This document shows positions 18,122-27,196 of a stretch of 64,000 nt of DNA, one piece after another. The translations under genes and the position numbers were made by a program. Numbering within the stretch: the first letter of the stretch is position 1; every line of letters starts with the position of its first letter. Source of the stretch: Candidatus Nanohaloarchaea archaeon (GTDB lineage: Archaea; Nanohalarchaeota; Nanosalinia; Nanosalinales; Nanosalinaceae); NCBI GenBank assembly GCA_042218325.1, contig JBDGRE010000001.1, positions 100,356-164,355 of the forward strand, in the 5' to 3' direction. The notes beneath the pieces were generated by a model. That model searched no databases and was not told where the DNA came from. It saw only the letters and a program-made list of their open reading frames with translations.

Positions 18122-18817
18122 ATGCTGCCCGAGCTTATACTGCGCGAGGAGGAGCACGAGAACCTCCCTCTGCTGGCACTGCTCGGTATCTTATCCGGGC
18201 TGCTCGGTTTCGCGGCCGCGAAGATGCTGTTCCCGTCGCAGGCCGACCTTCTCGGCGTGATATTCGCGTCGATACCGCTGATATTCCCACTCACGAGCTA
18301 TTTCCTTGAGCGTGAAAACGAGACAGCGCCGCACCTGCCCGAGGTCGAGGTCTACGGCTCGGTGTTCTTCGGCGAGGTCGTCGCGTTCTTCCTGCTCGGC
18401 ATGTACTTCCAGGACGCGTTCTCGCTCCAGAACCAGATAATAGGTGCGACCGGCAACGCGGTCAACGCTGTCTCGTTTATGTCTATACTTTCCAACAACC
18501 TGATGGTTTTCCTCGGTATCCTGGTCGTCGCCTCGGTGATTGGCTCCGCGGGTGCGTTCGTCCTGACCTGGAACGCATCGGTGCTCGGAGTCTTCTTCGC
18601 CGACCTTTTCAGGGAGTCCGCCATCAAACCGCTGGCTTACGTCCCCCACGCCACGTTCGAGATGGGAGGCTTCATAATCGCCGGCATCTCCGGTTCCATG
18701 ATATCCGCCGCGCTGTACCGCGAGCATTTCGAGAGGGATACCTGGATCGATATAGCGCAACTCGTCGCCGCGGGCCTTCTGCTTATACTGTTCGGGGCGT
18801 TCCTGGAGACGGCTTAA
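18122..18817 (+). CDS. SpoIIM/DUF95-like membrane protein
   Basis: Multiple TM segments; ILSNNL, WNASVLG, PHATFE. Confidence 0.75.
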   Translation: MLPELILREEEHENLPLLALLGILSGLLGFAAAKMLFPSQADLLGVIFASIPLIFPLTSYFLERENETAPHLPEVEVYGSVFFGEVVAFFLLGMYFQDAFSLQNQIIGATGNAVNAVSFMSILSNNLMVFLGILVVASVIGSAGAFVLTWNASVLGVFFADLFRESAIKPLAYVPHATFEMGGFIIAGISGSMISAALYREHFERDTWIDIAQLVAAGLLLILFGAFLETA

Positions 18818-18890
18818 CGACTTAAAGCTCCGCATCCATCAAGCCTTATGACCGCAGGAACACGTTTACCAACTGGTCCCACCGACTACA

Positions 18891-18908
18891 AGGGTGGATG
18901 TTTTTTCC
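18891..18908 (+). repeat. Dispersed motif copy AGGGTGGATGTTTTTTCC
   Basis: Intergenic, upstream of pheS; same core as the 16286 and 16620 copies. Confidence 0.65.
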
Positions 18909-18970
18909 GGGGATAGACCCTGCCACGGCTGCGCTGAAATATTAAAGGTTAATCGGCGAGGTGTATCGCT

Positions 18971-20377
18971 GTGAGACTCTCGAGCCAGGCAGCACAGATA
19001 CTCGAAGAGCTACGCGGCCGTGGAGAGGCCACGGTCGAGGCGCTGGAGAAAGAGGGCTACGACCAGTCGATGGTTCACAGGGCGGCGCTGGAGCTTCAGG
19101 AGAAAGGCCTCGTGGAGTACGAGGAAGAGGAGGAGATAGTGCACCAGATGACGGATAAAGGCCGTGAGGTCATCGAGAACGGCTCACCGGAGCACCGCCT
19201 CGTCCAGAGACTGGAGGACTCCGGGAAACAGATGTCGGAGCTCCAGGACCTGGACCTCGACGTCGCTCTTGGAAAGGCCCGGGAGAAGGGATGGGTCGAA
19301 ATCGAGAACGGCGAGGTCGAGCTCACCGGCGACGGCGAGGCGAACCTCGACACGGATCCTGCCCAGAGGAGGCTGGAGAGCCGCGAGTTCGACGAAGACC
19401 TGCGGGAACGCGGGCTGGTAGAGGCCGTGAACCAGACGGAACGCGTGGTAAGACTCACGCAGGAGGGCCGGTCGCTGGCGGAATCCGAGATAGAGGAAGA
19501 GTTCAACCTTGAGGCCCGTGTGAAGACGCCGAGGACAGGAAAGAAGCACTTCTACAAACAGATAATCGACTACGCCCGGAGGAAGTGGGTAGAGATGGGG
19601 TTCGAGGAGATGAGCGGCGACTTCGTAGTCCCGAGCTTTCTCAACTTCGACGCGCTCTACACGCCGCAGGATCACCCGGCCCGGGAGATGCAGGACACCT
19701 TCTTCATGGAAACGCCTGCTGTATCAGACATAACCGGCTACGATGTGAAGGTGGAGAACGTGAAGAACACCCACGAGAACGGGTGGATCACGGGCAGCGA
19801 CGGCTGGGGCTACGAGTGGTCGCGTGAAGAGGCGGAGAGAAACGTGCTGAGAACACATACTACCGCGGTTTCTATCCGCAGGATACACGAGATAGAGGTG
19901 AACGAGGAGGAGCTGCCGAGAAAATTCTTCACGGTCTCAAGAAACTTCAGGAACGAGACGGTCGACAGGTTCCACCTAGCAGAGTTCTACCAGACCGACG
20001 GCATAGTGGTCGGCGAAGACCTCAGCTTCCGCGACCTGAAGGGATACATAAGCGAGTTCTTCGAGAAGATGGGCTACGACGACTTCCGCCTGGTACCGTC
20101 CTACTTCCCTTACACCGAGATGAGTGTGGAGGTCCACGTCTGGGACGAGAAAGACGGAGAGTGGGTCGCTCTCGGAGGCGCAGGAATGTTCAGGCCTGAG
20201 GTCGTGAATTCGATGCTCGGCTTCGAGGCAACAGTGCTCGCCTGGGGTCTCGGCATCCCGAGGATAGCCATGGGTGCCGCGGAACTGGAAGATATACGTG
20301 AGCTGTACAGGAACGACGTAGAGATACTCGAGAACACGCCGGCCTGGAGGCCGCAGAACATGGAGGGTGAAGGATAG
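18971..20377 (+). CDS. pheS: Phenylalanine--tRNA ligase alpha subunit
   Basis: NFDALYTPQDHPAREMQDTF, LRTHTT, FRNE.VD..HLAEF, YFPYTE, GMFRPE. Confidence 0.96.
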   Translation: MRLSSQAAQILEELRGRGEATVEALEKEGYDQSMVHRAALELQEKGLVEYEEEEEIVHQMTDKGREVIENGSPEHRLVQRLEDSGKQMSELQDLDLDVALGKAREKGWVEIENGEVELTGDGEANLDTDPAQRRLESREFDEDLRERGLVEAVNQTERVVRLTQEGRSLAESEIEEEFNLEARVKTPRTGKKHFYKQIIDYARRKWVEMGFEEMSGDFVVPSFLNFDALYTPQDHPAREMQDTFFMETPAVSDITGYDVKVENVKNTHENGWITGSDGWGYEWSREEAERNVLRTHTTAVSIRRIHEIEVNEEELPRKFFTVSRNFRNETVDRFHLAEFYQTDGIVVGEDLSFRDLKGYISEFFEKMGYDDFRLVPSYFPYTEMSVEVHVWDEKDGEWVALGGAGMFRPEVVNSMLGFEATVLAWGLGIPRIAMGAAELEDIRELYRNDVEILENTPAWRPQNMEGEG

Positions 20378-20378
20378 G

Positions 20379-22043
20379 ATGGCGCACATCGAGGTGGACA
20401 AGAGAGAGTTCGACGAGCTTGTAGGCGCCGAGATCGATGAACAGAGGCTTCACGAGGACGCATCGATGCTCGGCGTCCACTGGAACCACGTAGAAGGGCC
20501 GAAATGGGATGTCGAGGTGTACCCGAACAGGCCTGACCTCCTATCGGTAGAAGGCCTCGCCCGGGCGTACAGGGGATTCTTCGACATCGATACCGGAAGA
20601 GAGGTATACGACGTGGAGGATGGAGATATACAGGTCGAGGTCGACCCTTCTGTCAAGGAGGTGCGCCCGTTCATCGGTATCGCGGTAGTGAGAGGCCTCG
20701 AGCTCACGGAGAAGAAGATAAACGGCCTGATACAGCTGCAGGAAAAGCTTCACCAGACTCTGGGGAGGAGGAGAGACAAGCTCGCCATCGGCCTCCACGA
20801 CCTGGAAACCGTCGAGGCGCCTTTCACGTACCGGGCGGTGGAACCCGAGAAGGTATCTTTCACGCCGCTGGAGTACGAGCGCGACATGCAGCTCGGCGAG
20901 ATACTGGACGAGCACGAGAAGGGCCAGGAGTACGCATGGATACTGGAGGACGAGGACCGCTACCCTCTGATCGAGGATTCAGAAGGTCGTGTACTTTCCT
21001 TCCCGCCGATAATCAACAACCAGCTGACGGAGGTCGAAACGGGAACAAGGGATATACTCGTGGACGTGACCGGCAAAGAGCTCGAAACAGTGAAGAAGGC
21101 GCTGAACATAATAGCGACTGCGCTCGCGGAACGCGGTGGCGACATAGAGACGGTCGAGGTAGACGGCGACAGGATGCCGGAAATCGAGCCAGGGAAAAGG
21201 GAACTCGACTTGGATTACTTCCGCGGTATCTCGGGCCTGGGACTGGATGCGGGACAGGTCATCGAAAGGCTCGAGAGGATGAAGATGGGCGCGGCCAGGA
21301 AACAGGATACTATAGAAGTGGAAGTACCTGCTTACCGGACTGACGTGATGCACCAGTATGATTTGATAGAGGACGTGGTGATAGCGCACGGCTACGGGAA
21401 CGTGGGCCCGGAGCTTCCGGAGGTAGACCAGTTAGCCCGGGAACGACCGGTCGAGGACTACACCCGCTTGCTGAGAGATACCCTGCAGGGAACCGGCGCG
21501 CTTGAGGCCCACACATACATACTTTCGAACCGGGAGAAACTGTTCCACAGGATGGATATCCCGGAAGAAGATATCGCCGAGATGTCGAATGCCCTTACCG
21601 AGGATTATACTGCGGTAAGGAACTGGCTGCTCCCCTCGCTCATGGAGGTCCTGCAGAGGAACAGGCACCGCTCCTACCCGCAGAAGTTCTACGAAGTGGC
21701 GGACGTATCGGTGCTTGACGACAGCGATACCGGCGCCTCCAACCGGAGGAAGCTGGCCTACGTCCACTCCTCGAACGATGTGGATTACAACGATGTCCGC
21801 CAGGTACTGCAGGTGCTTGAACGCGACCTCGGCGTCGAGTTCGAGGTAAGATCGCCGGGTATCGACTGTTACGAGGACGGCCGGGCCGCGACCGTGTACC
21901 TCGACGGTGAAGAGGTGGGCGCTATCGGGGAGTTTTCTCGCGAAGTCCTTGGTAACTGGCAGCTGGAGATGCCGGCTGCCGGATTCGAGCTGGACGTCGA
22001 GAAGCTGTTGCGGCTTTCATCCAAGGCCGAACATGACGGGTAG
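20379..22043 (+). CDS. pheT: Phenylalanine--tRNA ligase beta subunit
   Basis: PNRPDLLSVEGLAR, LQEKLH, SFPPIIN, YRTDVMHQYDLIEDVVIAHGY. Confidence 0.96.
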   Translation: MAHIEVDKREFDELVGAEIDEQRLHEDASMLGVHWNHVEGPKWDVEVYPNRPDLLSVEGLARAYRGFFDIDTGREVYDVEDGDIQVEVDPSVKEVRPFIGIAVVRGLELTEKKINGLIQLQEKLHQTLGRRRDKLAIGLHDLETVEAPFTYRAVEPEKVSFTPLEYERDMQLGEILDEHEKGQEYAWILEDEDRYPLIEDSEGRVLSFPPIINNQLTEVETGTRDILVDVTGKELETVKKALNIIATALAERGGDIETVEVDGDRMPEIEPGKRELDLDYFRGISGLGLDAGQVIERLERMKMGAARKQDTIEVEVPAYRTDVMHQYDLIEDVVIAHGYGNVGPELPEVDQLARERPVEDYTRLLRDTLQGTGALEAHTYILSNREKLFHRMDIPEEDIAEMSNALTEDYTAVRNWLLPSLMEVLQRNRHRSYPQKFYEVADVSVLDDSDTGASNRRKLAYVHSSNDVDYNDVRQVLQVLERDLGVEFEVRSPGIDCYEDGRAATVYLDGEEVGAIGEFSREVLGNWQLEMPAAGFELDVEKLLRLSSKAEHDG

Positions 22044-22148
22044 GTACAGCAGGAAACCGGTTACCAGCGCAAGCAGCGAGGCTGCGGCGAATCCTATACC
22101 GAACCCGAAACCGAGCTTCACCGCCTTCTTCAGGCTGATATCTTCCAT
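22017..22148 (-). CDS. Small membrane protein (43 aa, not in ORF track)
   Basis: MEDISLKKAVKLGFGFGIGFAAASLLALVTGFLLYLPVMFGLG; starts 8 bp after the pspC-like stop; overlaps the pheT 3' end. Confidence 0.6.
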   Translation of the reverse strand: MEDISLKKAVKLGFGFGIGFAAASLLALVTGFLLYLPVMFGLG

Positions 22149-22156
22149 GACGGGTT

Positions 22157-22378
22157 CTACTCCTCCTCGCTTTTACCTTTATCCTTTATCTCGCTCTCGC
22201 CGGGGATGATAAGCCATGCGAAAAGGTAGATGAGCAGGCCCGCCCCCGTGCCGAGCACGAGGAACAGCGCCAGTATCCTGACCAGTGAAGGGTCCATGTC
22301 GTATACCTCTGCTATTCCTCCACAGACGCCGCCCAGGATACGGTCGGACTCCGAGCGGTAAAGCCTTTTCTCCGCCAT
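22157..22378 (-). CDS. PspC domain protein
   Basis: KRLYRSESDRILGGVCGGIAE...DPSLVRI...YLFAWLIIP. Confidence 0.92.
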   Translation of the reverse strand: MAEKRLYRSESDRILGGVCGGIAEVYDMDPSLVRILALFLVLGTGAGLLIYLFAWLIIPGESEIKDKGKSEEE

Positions 22379-22379
22379 G

Positions 22380-22880
22380 TCACATCACTTCTTCTTCGTG
22401 CGCCGTGCGGTAGTCGTGGAGCTCTTCGTCCTCGAACCAGATGTCCAGCTCCTTCTCCGCTTCTTCCGGGGTGGCGGATGCGTGGATGAGGTTCTTGTAG
22501 TTCTTGCCCGCGGCGTCGGCATGCTCCATCGACATGTGACCGAAACGCCCGCGGATGGTCGAAGGGTGCGCCTCCCTGGCGCTGGTGTCGCCGACGATCT
22601 TCCTCAGATTTTCTACTGCGTGCACTCCTTCGACCGCGAGCGCGACTATGGGGCCCTCCTTCATGTACTCCGCGAGGCCCTCGTAGAACGGTTTGTCGAC
22701 ATGCTCCTCGTAATGCTGCTCGAGAAGCTGGTCCGTGGCCCGGACCATCTTCATGCCGGATATCTTGAATCCCGCGTCCTCTACGACCGAGATTATCTCT
22801 CCTACAAGTCCTCTTTTTACGGCGTCCGGCTTGAGTGCTACGAATGTCGTTTCGACGTAATTATCTGTCATCGTGGCCAC
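22380..22880 (-). CDS. ndk: Nucleoside diphosphate kinase
   Basis: TFVALKPDAVKRGLVGEII, HYEEH..KPFY, TIRG, NLIHAS; start may be ATG 22871. Confidence 0.96.
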   Translation of the reverse strand: MATMTDNYVETTFVALKPDAVKRGLVGEIISVVEDAGFKISGMKMVRATDQLLEQHYEEHVDKPFYEGLAEYMKEGPIVALAVEGVHAVENLRKIVGDTSAREAHPSTIRGRFGHMSMEHADAAGKNYKNLIHASATPEEAEKELDIWFEDEELHDYRTAHEEEVM

Positions 22881-22922
22881 TTGAGAAAGCCTTTCAGGGC
22901 AACACTTTTAACCGGTTAAGCC

Positions 22923-23402
22923 TTAGCCCTCGGTCATGTTGCGGAACGTGGTCTGCTCGCACCCGAGCAGTTCTACCTGCTCCATCTGTCTCCACTCGTC
23001 TCCCGTTCTGTTCAGGTATGATGCCCTGGATGTCCACTCCATACCCTTCATGTCCGCGGTGCATATGTTGTAGGCCTGGGCCATAAGCTCTGCCTCGACC
23101 CTGCGGTAGAAGTTCTCGGTTCCTCGCTGGACCTTCGAGTAGTCGTCGTAGTTGTAGGTGGTGTGGGTGCGGCGCTGGACCCCGATACATGCACCGGCGT
23201 CTATACCAGCGCACCGTGTCTCGACCTCGACGAAGCCCACCCTTACGGGTTCGTCAGGCGTCACGAGGTTGTGGCCAGCCACCGCCACGAGGAGAACTGC
23301 TATGCTGACACCGAGGAACTTCAGGTCGCGCTGGAATCCCTCGCCTAAATCATCTATTTTTTCCGGCAGCTCCATGTCTCTGTTCGGTGGGAGGAGATTC
23401 AT
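22923..23402 (-). CDS. Hypothetical single-TM protein with 4 extracellular Cys
   Basis: One hydrophobic segment followed by a Cys-containing domain. Confidence 0.65.
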   Translation of the reverse strand: MNLLPPNRDMELPEKIDDLGEGFQRDLKFLGVSIAVLLVAVAGHNLVTPDEPVRVGFVEVETRCAGIDAGACIGVQRRTHTTYNYDDYSKVQRGTENFYRRVEAELMAQAYNICTADMKGMEWTSRASYLNRTGDEWRQMEQVELLGCEQTTFRNMTEG

Positions 23403-23465
23403 AAATCAACGGCCCGAGCCGGAGGTTGGAATTTATGAATCTCCCCGCCGCCCTGTTTTCTATAG

Positions 23466-25328
23466 ATGCAACTCGGCACGATACAGGGCGAGGTCGATAC
23501 TTCCTCTTTCACCTTCCGCGCCACCGAAGAGGTCAGGAAGTTCGACTTCGTCTCGGTGAAGAGCAACGATAAGTGGATACTTGCCCAGGTCGACGAAGTG
23601 ACCAAGCACCCGGACGGCGAGACTGTCGCGGAGGCCAACATCATCGGCTACCGCGACAAGGGGCTCACCAAGGCTCCGCGCCGCGTCATAGAGCCGGATT
23701 CCATAGTCTACTCCGCAGACCAGGAGCTGATATCCGACACTCTCGGCCTTGAGGACGCTGGCCTGGGGATCGGGAACCTCGAGACCAACCCGGATATCGA
23801 CATCCACGTGGACGGTGAGGAGTTCTACAAGCACTTCGCGGTGCTCGCCCAGACAGGCGCGGGCAAGTCATACCTGACAGGCGTTCTCATCGAGGAGCTG
23901 CTTGAGGCGGATTTCCCGCTTGTGATAATAGATCCTCACGGCGAGTACTCCTCTCTTGGAACCCCCAACCCGGAAAGAGAGGAGGGGAGCAGGGCGTATG
24001 ACATCAAGGAGTTCTCGCCGAACACCGATATCAACTCAAGTGCGTTACCGCTCTCGTTTTCCTCCGTCAACCTCGAGAAGAACGAGCTGTTGGAGATAAT
24101 ACCTGACTCATTGACGAACTCACAGATGGGTGTACTGTACAACGCGCTGAAGCGGCTGAGGGAGAAGGAAGAGGACTACAACCTTACGGACATAATGGAC
24201 GCGGTATCCCAGGAGGAGTCGACCGCCAAGTGGAACCTGCTGAACTCCCTGGAGCAGGTCGAGCAGAGCGGGCTGTTCTCGGAGAGCCCGGTCGACCTCG
24301 AGAACCTCGTAGAGCCCGGCAGGGCCACGGTCGTCAACATGAAGGCGGTTGAGCCTGAAGAGGCGGAGATAACGATGTACATGCTGGCGCAGAAACTTTT
24401 CGACCTCCGTAAACGCGATAGGGTTCCGCCGTTCCTGATGGTCATCGAGGAGGCGCATAATTTCGCGCCGGAGAAGGGCTTCTCCCAAGCCCAGTCCAAC
24501 GATATACTGCGGAAGATAGCCTCCGAGGGACGCAAGTTCGGGCTCGGTATCGGGGTCATCTCCCAGAGGCCGGCACGTATCGACAAGAACGTGCTTTCCC
24601 AGTGTAACACGCAGTTCATACTGAGGGTGACGAATCCCAACGACCTGAAGGCTATCTCGAAATCGTTCGAGGGTGTGACCTCCGAGGTGGAGGACATGAT
24701 AAAGTCGCTGCCGCCCGGTGTCGCGTTCGTGCTCGGCAAGGACTACCCTGTCATGACTGATGTCCGCACCCGTAGATCAAAGCACGGCGGTGAGACGGAG
24801 ACAGGTTCGAGCTACGAGAAACGTGAGTCGATAGAGGTGTTGCCGCCGAAGAAGAGCCAGCAGGAGCTGGAGGCCGAGAAAGGCGAGAAGTACTCGGCCG
24901 CTTACTACCCGCTTTACCTTCTCGAAAACGACGAGAAGCAGTTGCTGGTGGACGGCACATCCGGGGAGGTCAAGTCGGAACGCGCCCGGCTGTCGGGCAA
25001 GGAGAGAGAGGTTTTTGAGCTCGCCTCGCAGGGGATGTCCAAGGGCGAGATAGTGGAGGAGCTCGATGAGGGAGTGGCCAAGGTCTCCAGCCTGATGGAG
25101 AGGTTGCGCGAAAAGGGCAGACTCGGCGAGGAGGGAACAGAGGAGTCTGTTCTGGATATCGAGCCCGAGGAAGAACGGGTGCCGGAAGACGCTCTTATAG
25201 AGTACGAAGTCCCGGAGGGGGAGGCTCGCGGCATGCTGGAAGATTCCTCGCTGCGCAGGATTTACTACCCGTACTATTCGAGAGAAGAAGAGGTGTACGA
25301 CCCGATACTCCTGTCAGCACTCGACTGA
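23466..25328 (+). CDS. HerA-like ATPase (HAS barrel + FtsK/HerA domain) with C-terminal HTH-containing extension
   Basis: N-terminal GTIQG, HFAVLAQTGAGKS, IIDPHGEY, IEEAHNFAP, EGRKFG, ISQRPA. Confidence 0.88.
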   Translation: MQLGTIQGEVDTSSFTFRATEEVRKFDFVSVKSNDKWILAQVDEVTKHPDGETVAEANIIGYRDKGLTKAPRRVIEPDSIVYSADQELISDTLGLEDAGLGIGNLETNPDIDIHVDGEEFYKHFAVLAQTGAGKSYLTGVLIEELLEADFPLVIIDPHGEYSSLGTPNPEREEGSRAYDIKEFSPNTDINSSALPLSFSSVNLEKNELLEIIPDSLTNSQMGVLYNALKRLREKEEDYNLTDIMDAVSQEESTAKWNLLNSLEQVEQSGLFSESPVDLENLVEPGRATVVNMKAVEPEEAEITMYMLAQKLFDLRKRDRVPPFLMVIEEAHNFAPEKGFSQAQSNDILRKIASEGRKFGLGIGVISQRPARIDKNVLSQCNTQFILRVTNPNDLKAISKSFEGVTSEVEDMIKSLPPGVAFVLGKDYPVMTDVRTRRSKHGGETETGSSYEKRESIEVLPPKKSQQELEAEKGEKYSAAYYPLYLLENDEKQLLVDGTSGEVKSERARLSGKEREVFELASQGMSKGEIVEELDEGVAKVSSLMERLREKGRLGEEGTEESVLDIEPEEERVPEDALIEYEVPEGEARGMLEDSSLRRIYYPYYSREEEVYDPILLSALD

Positions 25329-25336
25329 TGCGAATG

Positions 25337-25342
25337 TTTAAA
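25337..25342 (+). promoter_or_regulatory. TATA box of tRNA-Val
   Basis: TTTAAA about 30 bp upstream of the tRNA 5' end. Confidence 0.55.
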
Positions 25343-25369
25343 GAAAATTGCCCCCGACTTTTATCCCGC

Positions 25370-25501
25370 GGGTCCGTGGTCTAGTTGGTTATGACGTCGC
25401 CCTTACAGCTGGCGCACCGCGTGCGGAGCAGCGTTACTTTGACTCACACGCGAGGCGAGTGAGTCAGGCGAAGATCCCCAGTTCGAATCTGGGCGGACCC
25501 A
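25370..25501 (+). tRNA. tRNA-Val(TAC) with 58-nt intron at 37/38 (intron 25408-25465)
   Basis: Acceptor GGGTCCG/CGGACCC, anticodon stem TCGCC/GGCGA, CT-TAC-A, T-arm CCCAG-TTCGAAT-CTGGG; CTTA/TGAG helix with TC|A bulge. Confidence 0.92.
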
Positions 25502-25638
25502 TCTCCCAGCAGGGAGGCTGGTCGAAGCAGGAGAACCGACCTCTTGACCGCACCTGGACTTGTTGTCACCAGTAAGTACTTAAATATCGAGAGGTAAATC
25601 TGTACCATAAATTAAAACCCTGCCGAGGAAAGTCATCT

Positions 25639-25986
25639 ATGCCCGAGCTCAAACAGGCCCTGATAGTGAGAGAGGATCTTGAGATGTCGACAGGAAAGAT
25701 GATAGCCCAGGCCTGCCACGCGTCGCTCGGGGCCTACAGGAAGGCCGACGAGGGAGAAAGAGATAGGTGGGAGGAGCAGGGTATGAAGAAGATAGTGCTT
25801 TCGCCCGGCGACCGGGAACTGAAAGAGATACTTGAGCAGGCGAAGAGGAACGGTTTGCCCGCGTACATGGTGAAGGACGCGGGCCTGACCGAGCTCAAAC
25901 CAGGTACCGCTACGGCCGTGGGCATCGGGCCGGCAGGGGAAGACAAAATCGATGCCGTTACAGGGGAGCTGGAGCTGATAGGGTAG
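25639..25986 (+). CDS. pth2: Peptidyl-tRNA hydrolase Pth2
   Basis: KQALIVREDLEMSTGKMIAQACHA, KKIVL, DAGLTE, TAVGIGP. Confidence 0.95.
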   Translation: MPELKQALIVREDLEMSTGKMIAQACHASLGAYRKADEGERDRWEEQGMKKIVLSPGDRELKEILEQAKRNGLPAYMVKDAGLTELKPGTATAVGIGPAGEDKIDAVTGELELIG

Positions 25987-25992
25987 ATAATC

Positions 25993-27150
25993 ATGAACAT
26001 CGAAGAGATACCAGAGTGGAACTACTACTCGGACGCGCCCGGGATAAAGGGCGAGATAAAGGAGCAGGTAAGCGACTTCATAGTGACAGAACTCGCCTCT
26101 CACGACACTGGTGAAGGCGACCATCTCGTGGTCAAGCTCAGGAAGCAGAACATGACTACCATGGAGGCCATAGACACGCTCTCCAACATCCTACACATAT
26201 CGAAGGACCGCGTCGGCTACGCGGGTAACAAGGATAAGAGAGCGGTTACCGAGCAGTACATCTCCATCGAGGGTGTGACCGAGGAGGATATCAACCAGGT
26301 GTTCACGGATGAATTCGACCTTGAAGTGGTCGGCAGAAACGGGCACATAGGACTCGGGGACCTGGACGCGAACAGGTTCGAGATAGCGGTCAGGAACCTG
26401 AATCTGCCGATAGAGGACACCAGGAACCGCACGCTGAAGATAGTCGACGAGCTGGATAGCAAGTTCTCGAACTACTTCGGCCAGCAGCGGTTCGGCTCGG
26501 CCCGTCCCATAACCCACCAGGTCGGCCGCCATATCCTGAAAGGCAATTTCGAGGAGGCGGTCTGGACCTATATCGCCAAGCCCTACGACGAGGAGTACAA
26601 GTCCATCCGGAAGGTACGGGAGGAACTGTGGGAGACCCGCCAGGTCGAGGACATGGCGGAGAAGTTCCCGAAACATTACCGCTACGAGAAGGCACTGTTG
26701 TACCACCTGACCAAGAACGAGGGCGACTACAAGGGCGCGATCAAGCGGCTGCCCGAAGATCTCCAGAGACTTTTCGTCCACGCCTACCAGTCATGGATAT
26801 TCAACCGCGTCCTCTCAGAGCTGATAGAGGACGGCTGGTACGACGAGGAATACGAGATCCCGCTGGTGGGCTACAAGACCGAGCTCAGGGACAACAGGCC
26901 TGACAACATGGTCGAGGAGATACTTGAGGAAGAAGGAGTTTCGCAGGAGGATTTCCGGCTGCAGGACTTCCCGGAGCTGCGGAGCGAGGGCTCCTACAGG
27001 CGGGCGTTCGCAGATTTCAGGAACTTCGAGATACTGGAGATAGAGGACGACGACCTCAATATGGCGAAGAACATGATGAAAGTCAAGTTCGACCTGCCGA
27101 AGGGTGCCTACGCGACGGTGCTCCTCAGGGAAATCATGAAGAGCGGCTGA
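25993..27150 (+). CDS. truD: tRNA pseudouridine(13) synthase TruD
   Basis: DFIVTE, YAGNKDKRAVTEQ, NYFGQQRFG, HAYQSWIFN, LPKGAYAT. Confidence 0.95.
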   Translation: MNIEEIPEWNYYSDAPGIKGEIKEQVSDFIVTELASHDTGEGDHLVVKLRKQNMTTMEAIDTLSNILHISKDRVGYAGNKDKRAVTEQYISIEGVTEEDINQVFTDEFDLEVVGRNGHIGLGDLDANRFEIAVRNLNLPIEDTRNRTLKIVDELDSKFSNYFGQQRFGSARPITHQVGRHILKGNFEEAVWTYIAKPYDEEYKSIRKVREELWETRQVEDMAEKFPKHYRYEKALLYHLTKNEGDYKGAIKRLPEDLQRLFVHAYQSWIFNRVLSELIEDGWYDEEYEIPLVGYKTELRDNRPDNMVEEILEEEGVSQEDFRLQDFPELRSEGSYRRAFADFRNFEILEIEDDDLNMAKNMMKVKFDLPKGAYATVLLREIMKSG

Positions 27151-27196
27151 TGATTCTTAAAGTTCCGGCAGGAGAAGGTTTCCCAAGGGCCGAAAA

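Noticed and set aside
13550-18908. Dispersed motif as a CRISPR array or IS ends
   Set aside because: Spacing is irregular and kb-scale; no cas or transposase genes; core genes lie between the copies
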